DNA of 64,000 nt from an uncultured Solirubrobacterales bacterium (lineage in GTDB: Bacteria; Actinomycetota; Thermoleophilia; Solirubrobacterales; Solirubrobacteraceae): contig CAVPZV010000012.1 in NCBI GenBank assembly GCA_963710305.1, positions 7,870-71,869 of the forward strand. The letters are read 5' to 3'. The notes below the pieces were generated by a model that worked only from the letters and a program-made list of their open reading frames with translations, did no database searches and was not told where the DNA came from. Position 1 is the first letter of the stretch. The number at the start of each line of letters is the position of its first letter. The translations under genes were made by a program, and so were the position numbers. Positions 10,360 through 20,494 of this stretch are shown one piece after another.

Positions 10360-10510
10360 AGTCAGCCTGCCTGAGTTCGTCGATCACGCCTTCGACGTCC
10401 TCCGGCCCGACGCCGGCCCGCTCAGCGCGAGCCCGCGCCTCGCGTGTGGCCTGCGACCACTGCTCCCGCCACAAATAGCCACGCAACGCATCGCGAACCA
10501 CCTCGATGTC
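10360..10510 (-). pseudogene. Remnant of a CopG/RHH-type antitoxin (C-terminal part)
   Basis: EVVRDALRGYLWREQWSQATREARARAERAGVGPEDVEGVIDELR resembles RHH antitoxins. No proper N-terminus or stop. Confidence 0.55.
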
Positions 10511-10569
10511 CGCGTCAGCCTGGTGTTCGCGCCCCGGGGTGCGATGGGTACTCGCGGTGGTACGGTGAT

Positions 10570-10923
10570 GGCGTATCTAGGGTTAAGGGGAACGTCTTGT
10601 CACTGATCCGAAGACGGGTAGGGCCAGCAGTAGCGATCGCGCTAGCGCTGCTCACTGCGATCGCCGTTCCTGCGGAGGGCGCGACGAAGGAACGCACCTG
10701 CTTCTACCACTCCAGCTCTGGCTGGGGCCTCTGGGCCACGCGGAACGTAAGTTGCAAGACAGCCAGACGTGTCTATAAGGACGCCACGAGCAGGATTACA
10801 AGCGGGAGCTTCGACCGAAGCATTCGCGTCGACGGGTACCGATGCAGGATGCGATTCGATGGCGGGGGGAACGGGACCTGTACCGCATCGCGCCACCGTC
10901 GAATCAGCTTCAGCGTCCCGTAG
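10570..10923 (+). CDS. Small secreted four-cysteine protein (start uncertain)
   Basis: Signal-like RRRVGPAVAIALALLTAIAVPAEGA followed by C..VSCKTARRV..GYRC..GTC. Confidence 0.65.
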   Translation, partial: GVSRVKGNVLSLIRRRVGPAVAIALALLTAIAVPAEGATKERTCFYHSSSGWGLWATRNVSCKTARRVYKDATSRITSGSFDRSIRVDGYRCRMRFDGGGNGTCTASRHRRISFSVP

Positions 10924-11055
10924 GTCGTCTACCTCTTTCTGAATTCAGGAAATCCTCCAGAGCCATGGGACCTGGCTCGCCGTGCCCCGCCCGACCACGT
11001 ATCGTGATCGCCCAATGGCGGAGGCTGGTCGCGGGCGACAGATGGGAGATGAGCG

Positions 11056-11568
11056 TTGCTGATCGCGGCCGTGAACTGGGCCGCGGTAACGGCGATCGCC
11101 ACGTCCATTCTGGCCGTCGGACTCCTCGGAGGATTTGCCGCAGCGGTGTTTGCAGCGCAACAGGCGCGGGAGACGCGCAGGAGCCGCGAGGCGCAGATGG
11201 CGGCCGAGTTCTTCCGGCGTTGGAACGAGGACGCGCTCGTCGAGACGCGGCGGTTGGTCGCGCGGTTCAAGTCCGCCGACGAGTTGCGGGATGCCTTCGC
11301 TGCGTACGTTGCCGAGGGTGCCCCGGAAGCGTGGGTGCTCTACCGCGAGCTCGACTACTTTGAGCAGCTGGCCGCGCTCGAGCGCTGGGGTGCCTTCGAC
11401 CTGAAGCTGATCAAGCTGTTGCTGGGGCGCACCCTGGTCGAGCGGTGGGAAATGTGGAGGCCCGCGATTCGCCACGCGCACGGCCCGGGGGCCTACCCGC
11501 TGTTCGAGGGTCTGGTCGAGAAGTTACGCCGCGAGTTGGACCGTCCGGCCGGCGGCGCGGGCGACTAG
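11056..11568 (+). CDS. Single-TM helical protein, DUF4760-like
   Basis: N-terminal TM segment, then EFFRRWN, LDYFEQLAAL and YPLFEGL, resembling DUF4760 proteins. Confidence 0.65.
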   Translation: MLIAAVNWAAVTAIATSILAVGLLGGFAAAVFAAQQARETRRSREAQMAAEFFRRWNEDALVETRRLVARFKSADELRDAFAAYVAEGAPEAWVLYRELDYFEQLAALERWGAFDLKLIKLLLGRTLVERWEMWRPAIRHAHGPGAYPLFEGLVEKLRRELDRPAGGAGD

Positions 11569-11712
11569 GATCTCCGCCCGTGAGATGGCAGCGAGAACGA
11601 GGTCGGCATCCGTCGCCGACGCGAGAGCTGTCACCGCAGACCGATGATGCGCGTCGGCGGCGGAGAGTGCCGCGATCCCGACGCTTGCGTCGAGGACGAT
11701 CAGCTGCGCCAA
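11565..11712 (-). pseudogene. Truncated PIN-domain (VapC-like) toxin, N-terminal ~48 aa
   Basis: LIVLDASVGIAAL..DAHH..A...AISRAEILV matches the PIN N-terminus. An overlapping upstream frame ends DLDELRSGWRS*, an antitoxin-like tail. Confidence 0.7.
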
Positions 11713-11933
11713 CCGGAGCGAAGCTCGTCGAGATCAGCGCCCTGATCACTCCCGCGTGCTCAGCGCGTAAGCCTGACCCTCCACGCGAATCGCGAACGAC
11801 TTCGCGGCGCGGCCGGCGGTGGTCACTGCGATCACTCGCGTCCCGGACATTCTGGCGCAGCGGCTCAAATTCGAACGTGCGCGCCGAGGTTCTGCAGCTG
11901 ACTGCACGACTCCGGGGCGGCGTCGCGGTTGGC

Positions 11934-14900
11934 CTAGCCGATGCTGCGGGGTCGCAGCGATCGTGAGCCTTTCGGCCGCACCAGGCTTACCATGACGATC
12001 CAATGCGCATCCACTCGGCCCGAGTCGGTCAGCAGCAGCTCCGCCCTGAGGGTCCTGTAGCGGGCCAGAAGATGCTCGCCGATCCGGGTGAGGCCGACCC
12101 GGATCTTCGCCCGCTGGGAGGCGCCCAAGCGATACGAGGCGCTACCTATCGTGACAGTCCTGATCTGTGTGCTCGCGGTGCGCCTTGCGTGTGGCGTCAG
12201 GTTGATGGCAACGATCTTGCCGCGTCGGACGCGCTCGACGACGAGTAGGCGGAGCGTCACCGCACAGGTCTGGCCGAGCGCGCCCCTGCAACTGACGACT
12301 GCGGTCACTCTCTGCTGCTGCCAGCGAACCGAACTCATGCCGGGGCGACCGGCGCCATTCTTGGTGGTCTCCACCGGTCGAGTGGCACCAGCCAGACTCA
12401 CTGGTGCAGCATTTCCCGGGTCGGCGTTTCCGCTGACACCGGAGGGCGAAAGCCCGTCCGATGTGGGGCCGGAAGCCGGATCGGACGTCGGATCCGTCGT
12501 CGGGCGGGCCGAAACGGCGTCCGTCGGTCCGGAGACCGCGGGCGTGCTCTGTCCGTCTGCGCTACTCACGGCCTCAACCACCTCAATCCTCGAACCGACG
12601 TCGGCGCTGGTCAATTGGTAGGTCGCTCCGGTGGCGCCCGCGATCGTCATGCAGTTCGTACCAGCGCTATCGCAGTCCTCCCAATGGTGACTGTACGTGG
12701 TAGGAGTGCCGGTCCAGGTGCCGTTGTGCACGGTTAGTGCCTCCCCTTGTCGTGGCGTGCCCGTGACCATCGGAGGGCTCGTGGAGGTTGGGACGCCGGG
12801 TCCGGCGGCGCTTTCGGCCAGCGGCATATCGAATGTGCCGTACTGAGTTCCCTCGGAAGGGGGCGCGACCGCGGCACCTACAGCGACGCAGTACCTGGTG
12901 AGCGGGCAGGCGATGGCATCCAGTTGGTCATGAATCGTGTTGTCGGCGGTGACGGGTACGTCCTCGGTCCAGCCGGATCCGTCCCAGGTCGCGGCTGCGG
13001 GCCCCGTCGCCTGATCGGTGGAGTCCGCACCGTACCCGCTCAGCGTGCAGTTCGTTGCCGAGTCACATGCCACACCTGTGGCCTTGAAGGAGGACGCCCC
13101 GTCGGGTGGCGGTAGGGTTTGCCATGCCCAAGCACCGTCCGTCCATTCCGCAGCCGCCTCGTCACCAGCCGTGATGCACTGGCTGGTGGACACACACTCC
13201 ACCGACATCAACCGACCGTCACCTGAGGCGGGAGCGGATGGGCTCTGATCCGTAAAGCCGGCGCCATCCCAGCTTTGCGCGAGTGGCCCATTGGGAGACA
13301 CAAAAAAGAAGCCGCCTCCGCCACTGTAATACCTGTTGTCGACCTCGCCAACCGCCAGGCACGCGGTTGGTGATGTGCACGAGACGGCGTTGAATCGATC
13401 ATTCGGCATCGTCGCCGGTGCAGAATTCCAAGCCGTCCAGCCGCTCCCGTTCCAGGTCTCGGCGAATGCGACCGTGTCGCCGGAGTACTCAGTCATGTAT
13501 CCCACTGCGAGGCAGAACGAAGCACTGATGCACGAGATGCCGGTGAGTCCGGAGCCCTGGTAGACAAGTGGAGGTGTTGGGCGCGCTGTCCATTGCAATC
13601 CATCCCATGCGAACGCGATCGGTCCATCCGAACCATCCGAATCGCCGACGGCCATACAGAACGTCGTTGATGGGCAAGACACCGCTCTCAGCTGGGGGCC
13701 GCCTACCGAGGCACCAGGGACGGGCTGCTCACTCCAGATGGTGCCGTCCCACTGTTCGATCATCGCGCCGTAGTCATACGATTTGCCGACGGCGAAGCAC
13801 AGAGCCTCGCCGGGACACGAGACCCCGTCGAGCGAGGCGTCGCTTTGGAGCGTCCCCGGCTTAGGTTGTTGCTCCCAGCCGGTCCCGTCGAACGCAAGCG
13901 TGAGCGTTCCGGGAACCCCCCAGCCCACGGCGAAGCAGTTCGCTTTCGCGCAGTCCACGCCCAGAAGCGCAGACGCATCCGCCGGCGTGCTCTGGATCGT
14001 CCACTCACTTCCGCTCCAACCCTCGGCCAGGCTCAGACGTTGTCCCTGCGAGTCCTCGTAATAGCCAACCGCCGTGCAGTCCGTGGCAGATGTGCACTTC
14101 ACGCTCAGCAGTTCCGGTGGATCGCCGGCGTCGTCGCGGCCGCCGGGCTGGGCTGCCTGCTGAATCGACCAAGCGCCGCTCTCCAGTCGCTCAACGAGGA
14201 CTCCCGTACTGGGCGGTCCCGGCTGAGCGGAGGTGCTTCCGACGGCCGTGCATTCCGCGAAGGACGTGCACGAGATGCCATTCAGCTCGTTGTCGTAGGT
14301 GCCGGCCACGTTCGGGCTGGGCATCACGTTCCAGCTAGATCCGTTCCACGTCTGCACCAGCGTCCGCGTTGCGGCACTGGTGGCCTCGTATCCCACCGCT
14401 ACGCATGCCGAGGGCTCGGGGCACGACACGGCCTCTAGCTTTGCGTAGGCGCCAGCCTCGGTGTCCTGCGCAGCCCACTGACGTCCGTCCCACTGCTCAG
14501 CCAGCGTGCCTCGAAACTCACCCGAGACGATGTAGGTGCCAACCGCGGTGCACGCACGGGTCGATGAGCACGAGATGCCGTTCAGCGTGCCTCCGTTCAC
14601 ACCCGGCGGAAGAGGGAGATTCTGTGCCGTCCACCTCGTCCCGTCCCACGTCTCCGCGAATACCGCCTGACTGGGCGTCACATCGCCAACCGCTACGCAT
14701 GAGTCGGGCGCGGAGCAGGACACGCCGGTCAGAGTCGCGAAACCATTCGCATCCGCTTGCGGTGGAGTGCCCGGCAAGGGAACGTCCTCGGTCTTCCACG
14801 CGCTCCCGTCCCAGCGCTCAGCGAGCGGGTACTTTACGTCGGCGTGGTCCTCGCGGTATCCGACGGCCTCGCAGGCGTCCGGTGATGCGCAGGAAACCGA

Positions 14901-15149
14901 GGCGAGCTCGCCGTTGGAGACGACGGGCGCCACGGCTGGCTGCAGCGCCCACTGGGCCGCAACCGCAGGCTGCGCCGCGATCAAACCCTCGGAGGCAGCA
15001 AGGACGACCATCGCCCCAATGAGAACAGCGATTCGGCTTACGCCGTGAAAGCGACGTAGCTGCCACGCACGATTGCGCCCGCTCGCTCCTGGCATCCGGC
15101 AGCCGTTCCGCACTGCCAGGAACACGACCCATGGGTGGCCGACCGTCAT
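11934..15149 (-). CDS. Large secreted surface protein: 14 Cys-pair repeats (probably two 7-bladed propellers), an Ig-like domain and a basic C-terminal domain
   Basis: Signal peptide; repeats L.(G/A)VSC....C.AVG....E.WdG..W; Ig-like PPMVTGTPRQGEALTVHNGTW...TYQLTSADVG; P/S/T-rich linker. Confidence 0.85.
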   Translation of the reverse strand: MTVGHPWVVFLAVRNGCRMPGASGRNRAWQLRRFHGVSRIAVLIGAMVVLAASEGLIAAQPAVAAQWALQPAVAPVVSNGELASVSCASPDACEAVGYREDHADVKYPLAERWDGSAWKTEDVPLPGTPPQADANGFATLTGVSCSAPDSCVAVGDVTPSQAVFAETWDGTRWTAQNLPLPPGVNGGTLNGISCSSTRACTAVGTYIVSGEFRGTLAEQWDGRQWAAQDTEAGAYAKLEAVSCPEPSACVAVGYEATSAATRTLVQTWNGSSWNVMPSPNVAGTYDNELNGISCTSFAECTAVGSTSAQPGPPSTGVLVERLESGAWSIQQAAQPGGRDDAGDPPELLSVKCTSATDCTAVGYYEDSQGQRLSLAEGWSGSEWTIQSTPADASALLGVDCAKANCFAVGWGVPGTLTLAFDGTGWEQQPKPGTLQSDASLDGVSCPGEALCFAVGKSYDYGAMIEQWDGTIWSEQPVPGASVGGPQLRAVSCPSTTFCMAVGDSDGSDGPIAFAWDGLQWTARPTPPLVYQGSGLTGISCISASFCLAVGYMTEYSGDTVAFAETWNGSGWTAWNSAPATMPNDRFNAVSCTSPTACLAVGEVDNRYYSGGGGFFFVSPNGPLAQSWDGAGFTDQSPSAPASGDGRLMSVECVSTSQCITAGDEAAAEWTDGAWAWQTLPPPDGASSFKATGVACDSATNCTLSGYGADSTDQATGPAAATWDGSGWTEDVPVTADNTIHDQLDAIACPLTRYCVAVGAAVAPPSEGTQYGTFDMPLAESAAGPGVPTSTSPPMVTGTPRQGEALTVHNGTWTGTPTTYSHHWEDCDSAGTNCMTIAGATGATYQLTSADVGSRIEVVEAVSSADGQSTPAVSGPTDAVSARPTTDPTSDPASGPTSDGLSPSGVSGNADPGNAAPVSLAGATRPVETTKNGAGRPGMSSVRWQQQRVTAVVSCRGALGQTCAVTLRLLVVERVRRGKIVAINLTPHARRTASTQIRTVTIGSASYRLGASQRAKIRVGLTRIGEHLLARYRTLRAELLLTDSGRVDAHWIVMVSLVRPKGSRSLRPRSIG

Positions 15150-15233
15150 GCAGACCCTGACGCGAATGCAGGACCTTTACCGACCCCCACGATGACCTCC
15201 TGTCTCCATTGCCGTGCGCGTCGAAGGCGTCCC

Positions 15234-15274
15234 CGACGAGGCCCCGATACCCCCTCGACGAGGCCTTAATACCC
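15234..15274. repeat. Tandem 19-bp direct repeat, 22-bp period, upstream of the surface protein
   Basis: cgacgaggccccgataccc (15234-15252) and cgacgaggccttaataccc (15256-15274). Confidence 0.7.
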
Positions 15275-15444
15275 TGCGCGGGCCGACATCATGCAGCGAT
15301 GCTGCAGCGCCTCATGACGAGAGTGTCCTCTTCAAGCCAAGCTCTCGTTCAGGGCCAGCCCGTTCAGTCGCCGTTGCTTAGGCCGAGACCATTCTCCGCG
15401 GAAACTCCGGTCCTCCGAGCGATCGCGCGACCACGAGCTCCCGA

Positions 15445-15517
15445 TGCCGCCGGTGGGGATCGAACCCACGACCTTCGGATTAAAAGTCCGCTGCTCTGCC
15501 AGCTGAGCTACGGCGGC
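15445..15517 (-). tRNA. tRNA-Lys(UUU), CCA not encoded
   Basis: Minus strand gccgccgtagctcagctggcagagcagcggacTTTtaatccgaaggtcgtgggttcgatccccaccggcggca forms a cloverleaf with anticodon loop CTTTTAA and T-loop GTTCGA. Confidence 0.96.
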
Positions 15518-15580
15518 GTCGCGTCATCATGGCGCACCGGCGGGTCGGTTGGGCGGGCGGACCGTAGACTCCCCGGCCTC

Positions 15581-15985
15581 GTGACCGCCCCTCTCGAACA
15601 CACCGTGCGGGTGCAGCTGCGGTGGCGGGACATGGACATGCTCGGCCACCTCAACCAGTCGGTGTACCACGAGCTTCTGGAGGAGGGCCGGGGGGCGCTG
15701 ATGATGGATCTCGCGCGGCGGACCGCCGGCGAGCACCAGCACGGCGGGTTCGTGCTCGCCCACGTCGACCTCGACTACCACCGTGAGGTGCGCAAGGACC
15801 ATGCCGAGGTGGAGATCGTGGTGCGGGTGGCGCGGGTGGGCCGGTCGAGCATCGAGCTCGACCATGAGATCAACCTGCCGGATGGTCAGCTGGCGGCGTC
15901 GGGGAAGACCGTGCTCGTGGCGTGGGACCCGGCCGCGCGGGGCAAGCGCGAGCTCACCGACGGCGAGCGCGCGGCGCTGACCTAG
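15581..15985 (+). CDS. Acyl-CoA thioesterase (4HBT/YbgC hotdog family)
   Basis: LRWRDMDMLGHLNQSVYHELLEEGR and VARVGRSS. Confidence 0.9.
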   Translation: MTAPLEHTVRVQLRWRDMDMLGHLNQSVYHELLEEGRGALMMDLARRTAGEHQHGGFVLAHVDLDYHREVRKDHAEVEIVVRVARVGRSSIELDHEINLPDGQLAASGKTVLVAWDPAARGKRELTDGERAALT

Positions 15986-15991
15986 CGTCGC

Positions 15992-16421
15992 TCAGGCGAC
16001 CGGGCCGGGCTCCGGCACGAGCGCCACGGCCTCGATCTCGACCAGCATCCGGGGATCGATCAAGCGCGCTGACCTCGACCATGGTCGTAATCGGTCGCGA
16101 GGTGGAGAAGGCCTCGTGGTGGGCGCGGCCGATCTCCTCGGCGCGGCTGATGTCGGTGGTGTAGATGCGGGTCTGGACCACGTCGCGCAGCGAGGCGCCG
16201 GCGCGGGAGAGCTCGTGGCCGATCTTGCGCAGGATGGTCACCGACTGCTCGTAGGGCGTCTCGCCGATGACCGCGCCGCTGGGCTCGATCGAGGTCGTGC
16301 CGCCCACGAGCACGAGCTCGTCGGCTCTGACCACCCGGCTGAAGCCGAACGGCTCCTCGAAGGGCGAGGGAGGATCGCCACCGAGGCGGGTGACGCGTTC
16401 GAAGGCTTCTCGGCGGGTCAA
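15992..16421 (-). CDS. RidA/YjgF family protein (frameshift near 16060)
   Basis: GFSRVVR, VGGTT, DVVQTRIY. Corrected end is VSALIDPRMLVEIEAVA. Confidence 0.88.
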
Positions 16422-18013
16422 TGCCTGAAGTGGCGCCGGGTGGTGAAGACCATGGTCGCGCCGGCGTTGTCGACGGCGGCCACGACGTCGGGATCACGGA
16501 CCGAGCCGCCGGGCTGGATGATCGCCTCGACCCCGGCCTCGATCGCGAGCTGCGGCCCGTCGGCGAACGGGAAGAAGGCGTCGGACGCCATCACGGCGCC
16601 CGTCAGGTTCGAACGCGACTTCTCGAGGGCCAGCCGGACGGAATCCACGCGGCTCATCTGACCCGCCCCGATGCCGACGGTGGCGAGGCCCTTGGTGAGC
16701 ACGATCGCGTTGGAGCGCACGTGCTTGCTCACCTTCCAGGCGAACATCAGCTCGCCCCACTGCGCCTCGGTCGGATGGCGCTCGGTCACCACCTGCATCT
16801 CCGCCCGTTCCTCGAGGTCGAAGTCGCGGTCCTGGACGAGCATGCCGCCGACCACCTGGCGCAGGTTGGGATCGATCATGTTGGGAATGCGCCGCTCGCG
16901 GTCGTCGAGGATGCGCATGTTGGGCTTGGCCGACAGGAGCTCGAGCGCGTCGTCGTCGTAGCCGCGGGCGAACAGGACCTCGATGAACTGCCCGAGCAGG
17001 GCCTCGGCGAGCGGCCGGTCGACGCGGCGGTTGAGGCAGATGACCCCGCCGTAGGCCGACATCGGGTCGCAGGCGAAGGCGCGCTGATACGCCTCGAGGC
17101 CGTCGCGCCCGACGGCCACGCCGCACGGGTTGTTGTGCTTGACGATCACGCAGGCCGGGATCTGGAACTCGGCCATCAGCAGACGGGCGGCGTCCAGATC
17201 GAGCAGGTTGTTGAACGAGAGCTGCTTGCCGCCGAGCTGGGCGACCATCGACAGGACGTGCGTCCGCGCGCCCACCTGGGCGTAGTAGGCGGCGCGCTGG
17301 TGCGGGTTCTCGCCGTACGGAAGCTCCAGCACCTTCTCGAAGGCGCGAACCATGAGCGGCGGGAAGTCCTCGCGCTTCTCCTGGAACCAGCGGGCGATCG
17401 CCGTGTCGTAGCGCGCGGTGTAGGCGAAGGCCTCGGCGGCGAGGCTCTCCCGCGTCTGCAGCGAGAGCATCCGATCCGACTCGCGCAGCTCGGCGAGCAC
17501 CGCGTCGTAGCTCTCCGGCGAGACCACCGACGCCACGAACGCGGCGTTCTTCGCCGCGGCGCGGATCATCGTCGGGCCGCCGATGTCGATGTTCTCGACC
17601 ACCTCGTCGTCGGTCACGCCTCGCGTGGCGGCGGTGCGCTCGAACGGATAGAGGTTCACGCACACCAGGTCGATGAACTCGACGTCCAGCTCCTCGGCGG
17701 CGCGCATGTGGCCGCGATCGCTACGGACCGCGAGCATGCCGGCGTAGAGCTTGGGGTGCAGGGTCTTGACCCGGCCGTCCATGATCTCCGGGAATCCGGT
17801 GAGGTCCGACACCTCCCGCACCGGGACGCCGCCGGCCGCGAGCTCACGCGCCGTCCCGCCGGTGGAGATGATCTCGACCCCGAGCTCCACGAGGCCGCGC
17901 GCGAACTCGAGGATCCCCGTCTTGTCAGACACGGACAGGAGGGCTCGCCCAACTCGGACCTCGCCGGGCGCGACCGGGGCGAACCGAGGCACGGACTGGG
18001 TGCCCTGCTCCAT
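16418..18013 (-). CDS. purH: Bifunctional AICAR transformylase/IMP cyclohydrolase
   Basis: RALLSVSDKTG, GRVKTLHP, IDIGGP, YGENPHQ, KHNNPCG, ASDAFFPF and RHFRH. Confidence 0.98.
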   Translation of the reverse strand: MEQGTQSVPRFAPVAPGEVRVGRALLSVSDKTGILEFARGLVELGVEIISTGGTARELAAGGVPVREVSDLTGFPEIMDGRVKTLHPKLYAGMLAVRSDRGHMRAAEELDVEFIDLVCVNLYPFERTAATRGVTDDEVVENIDIGGPTMIRAAAKNAAFVASVVSPESYDAVLAELRESDRMLSLQTRESLAAEAFAYTARYDTAIARWFQEKREDFPPLMVRAFEKVLELPYGENPHQRAAYYAQVGARTHVLSMVAQLGGKQLSFNNLLDLDAARLLMAEFQIPACVIVKHNNPCGVAVGRDGLEAYQRAFACDPMSAYGGVICLNRRVDRPLAEALLGQFIEVLFARGYDDDALELLSAKPNMRILDDRERRIPNMIDPNLRQVVGGMLVQDRDFDLEERAEMQVVTERHPTEAQWGELMFAWKVSKHVRSNAIVLTKGLATVGIGAGQMSRVDSVRLALEKSRSNLTGAVMASDAFFPFADGPQLAIEAGVEAIIQPGGSVRDPDVVAAVDNAGATMVFTTRRHFRH

Positions 18014-18023
18014 AGGCGCGACT

Positions 18024-18629
18024 CTATCGATCGATCGCCACGCGGCGCGGGTTAGCCTCGTCGAAGCGCACGGCGTCGCGGGCGATCAGGCGCACCGCCT
18101 CCGGCAGCAGCTCGTGCTCGATCGGCTGAAGGCGCGCCATCACCTCGGACGCCGTCCGAGCGTCCGGCAGCTCGACCGCGCGCTGGAGGATCACGGGCCC
18201 GCTGTCCACGCCCTCGTCCACGTAGTGCACGGTGACCCCGAACACCTTGACGCCGTAGGCGATCGCCTGCTCGACCGCGTGCAATCCGGGGAAGGCCGGC
18301 AGCAGAGCGGGGTGCACATTGATCACCCCGTTCGGGAACCGGCGCAGGAACTCCGGGTCCAGGAGCTGCATGTAGCCGGCCAGGACGACCAGCTCGGCCC
18401 CCTGATCGACCAGCCATCCGGCCATCGCGCGGTCGCGCTGGGCCCGGCCGCCTTCGCCGATCTCGAACGCGGCCGTGGCCACCGCCGCCTGGCGCGCTCG
18501 CTCGAGCGCACGAGCACCCGGCTTGTCCGAGGCGACGGCGACGATCCTCACGCCGTCGCGGCCGTGCACCCGATCGAGCAGTGCCTGGAGGTTCGTGCCT
18601 TCTCCGGAGGCAAGAACCGCGACGTTCAT
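18024..18629 (-). CDS. purN: Phosphoribosylglycinamide formyltransferase
   Basis: VLASGEGTNLQA, LAGYM, INVHPALLPAFPG and GVTVHYVDEGVDSGP. Confidence 0.96.
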   Translation of the reverse strand: MNVAVLASGEGTNLQALLDRVHGRDGVRIVAVASDKPGARALERARQAAVATAAFEIGEGGRAQRDRAMAGWLVDQGAELVVLAGYMQLLDPEFLRRFPNGVINVHPALLPAFPGLHAVEQAIAYGVKVFGVTVHYVDEGVDSGPVILQRAVELPDARTASEVMARLQPIEHELLPEAVRLIARDAVRFDEANPRRVAIDR

Positions 18630-20433
18630 ACCGGCTGGAGCTTCGGGAACCGCCCTCCCGTGGAGCGGAGGATCCCGGCCTCGAGCAGCTGGTCGACCCG
18701 CGTCAGCACCTCGGCGGAGCGAAGGTGGCCGTAGGCGCCGTAGGCGCCGAGCCGGTCGTAGGCGTACTGGGCGACCACCTTGGAGCGGCCGCCGCGGAGG
18801 ATCTCGACCGCGCGGGTGCGGCCCACGGGAGGAGAGGCGGAGCCGACGACCTGGAGGATGGCGGCGTCGAGATCGCCCGCGGACCGCGGAGGCGCATCGC
18901 GCACCGCCACCGGACGCGCCGCCACCGGGCGCGCCGGAGCCGGCGAAGCCGGTTCGCCGGCGATCCTCGCCGCCGGCGCGCACACGTCGCAGCAATCGAC
19001 CGACGGCGCCGCGGCGGCCCGATCGCCGAAATACTGCGAGCACCGCCGTCCGCCGGCACGCCGCCCCCTCGACGTACTGCCACACGGCGCGGTATTGGCG
19101 CCAGCGGACGCGCTCGGCGTCGCGGGCCGAGCTCAGGCACAGCGCCAGCGCCCGCCGCCCCCAGGCCTCGACGATCTGACCCGCCGCGCGATCGGGCGGC
19201 GAGGGCTGGGGCACGATCAGGCCGGCCCGCGTGAGATGGCCGATGATCGCGCGGACCGACTCCTCGTCGGCGCGCGGGCCCGTCACCGAGGCAAGCTCGG
19301 CGAGTGCAACGTCGTAGCGCCCGTCGAGCCCCGCCCAGCGCAGCCGCTCCGCCACCCGTTCGAACGCGCCGGCGTCGAGCCGTGAGCGCTGGATGAAGAA
19401 CACGTGCAGGCCCTTGTCTCGCTGCTCGGCGAACAGCAGGCAGCGGGCCGGGGCGCCGTCCCGCCCGGCGCGGCCGGCCTCCTGGTAGTAGGCCTCGAGC
19501 GAGCCCGGCACGGTCGCGTGACACACGGTCCGTACGTTCGCCTTGTCGATGCCCATCCCGAACGCGTTGGTGGCGACGATCACGCGGGCCTCGCCGGACA
19601 TGAAGCGCTCCTGCGTCCGCGTTCGCACGCCGCGCTCGAGCCCGGCGTGGTAGGCCAGCACCTCTTCGCCGAGCGCACGCGCGAGGAAGCCGGCCAACTG
19701 CTCGGTGGCGTTGCGCGTACCGGCGTAGACGATCGCCGGTAGCGCTTCCGGCTGTTTCAGGGCGGCGGCGAGACGCCGTCGCTTGTCGACGGTCGTGCCG
19801 CACCGGGCGACGGCGAAGGAGAGGTTCGGCCGGTCAAAGCCCGTGGTGATCCGCACCGGGTCGCGCATGGCCAGCCGGCGAGCGATGTCGTCCGCCACCT
19901 CCGGCGTGGCCGTCGCGGTGAGCCCGATCGTCGCGCGGGCGCCGAGCCGGCGTGCGACGTCGGCGAGGAAGAAGTAGTCGGGGCGGAAGTCGTGACCCCA
20001 CTGCGAGATGCAGTGCGCCTCGTCGACCACGAACAGCCCGACCCTGGCCCGGGCGATCGCCTCGGCGAAGCGTGGGGAGCCGAACCGCTCGGGTGAGACG
20101 TACAGGAGCCGCACGTCCCCGGCGACCGCTCGGGCGACCGCGTCGGCGTTGGCCGCCCCGGCACGTTGCGCGTTGACCAGCTCGACGCGTCCGGGCGCCA
20201 CCGCGCTGGAGCGCCTGCACCTGGTCCTGCATCAGCGACACGAGCGGCGAGACGACCAGCGTCAGGTCGCTGCGCATCAGCGCTGGGAGCTGGTAGCAGA
20301 GCGACTTGCCCGAGCCGGTCGGCATCACCACCAGCGCGTCGCGATCGGCGAGCGCGGCTGAGACCGCCTCGGCCTGGCCGGGGCGGAAGTCCTCGAAGCC
20401 GAACGCGCGCCGGAGCGCTTCACGGGGGTCCAT
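18626..20433 (-). CDS. recQ: RecQ family DNA helicase (two frameshifts)
   Basis: MPTGSGKSLCYQLP, VDEAHCISQWGHDFRP, ATNAFGMGIDK, YYQEAGRAGRDG, Zn-binding Cys and an RQC tail. Confidence 0.92.
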
Positions 20434-20494
20434 CGGGCGCCCGACTGTAGCGGCGCGCCCGGCGGCCCCCGGAGGAACCGCCGGACGCCCGATG

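Noticed and set aside
15280-15440. Riboswitch or ncRNA just downstream of tRNA-Lys
   Set aside because: Some hairpins are possible, but nothing matches a family I recognise.
16421-18055. Long antisense or shadow ORFs (also 33989-35932, 46522-48327, 49565-52072 and many others)
   Set aside because: Expected in high-GC DNA opposite real genes; low-complexity R/A/G/P translations with no motifs.
18024-20201. RecQ-PurN fusion ORF
   Set aside because: An indel near 19030 moves RecQ into the purN frame. The real RecQ tail ends at 18626, overlapping the purN ATG.
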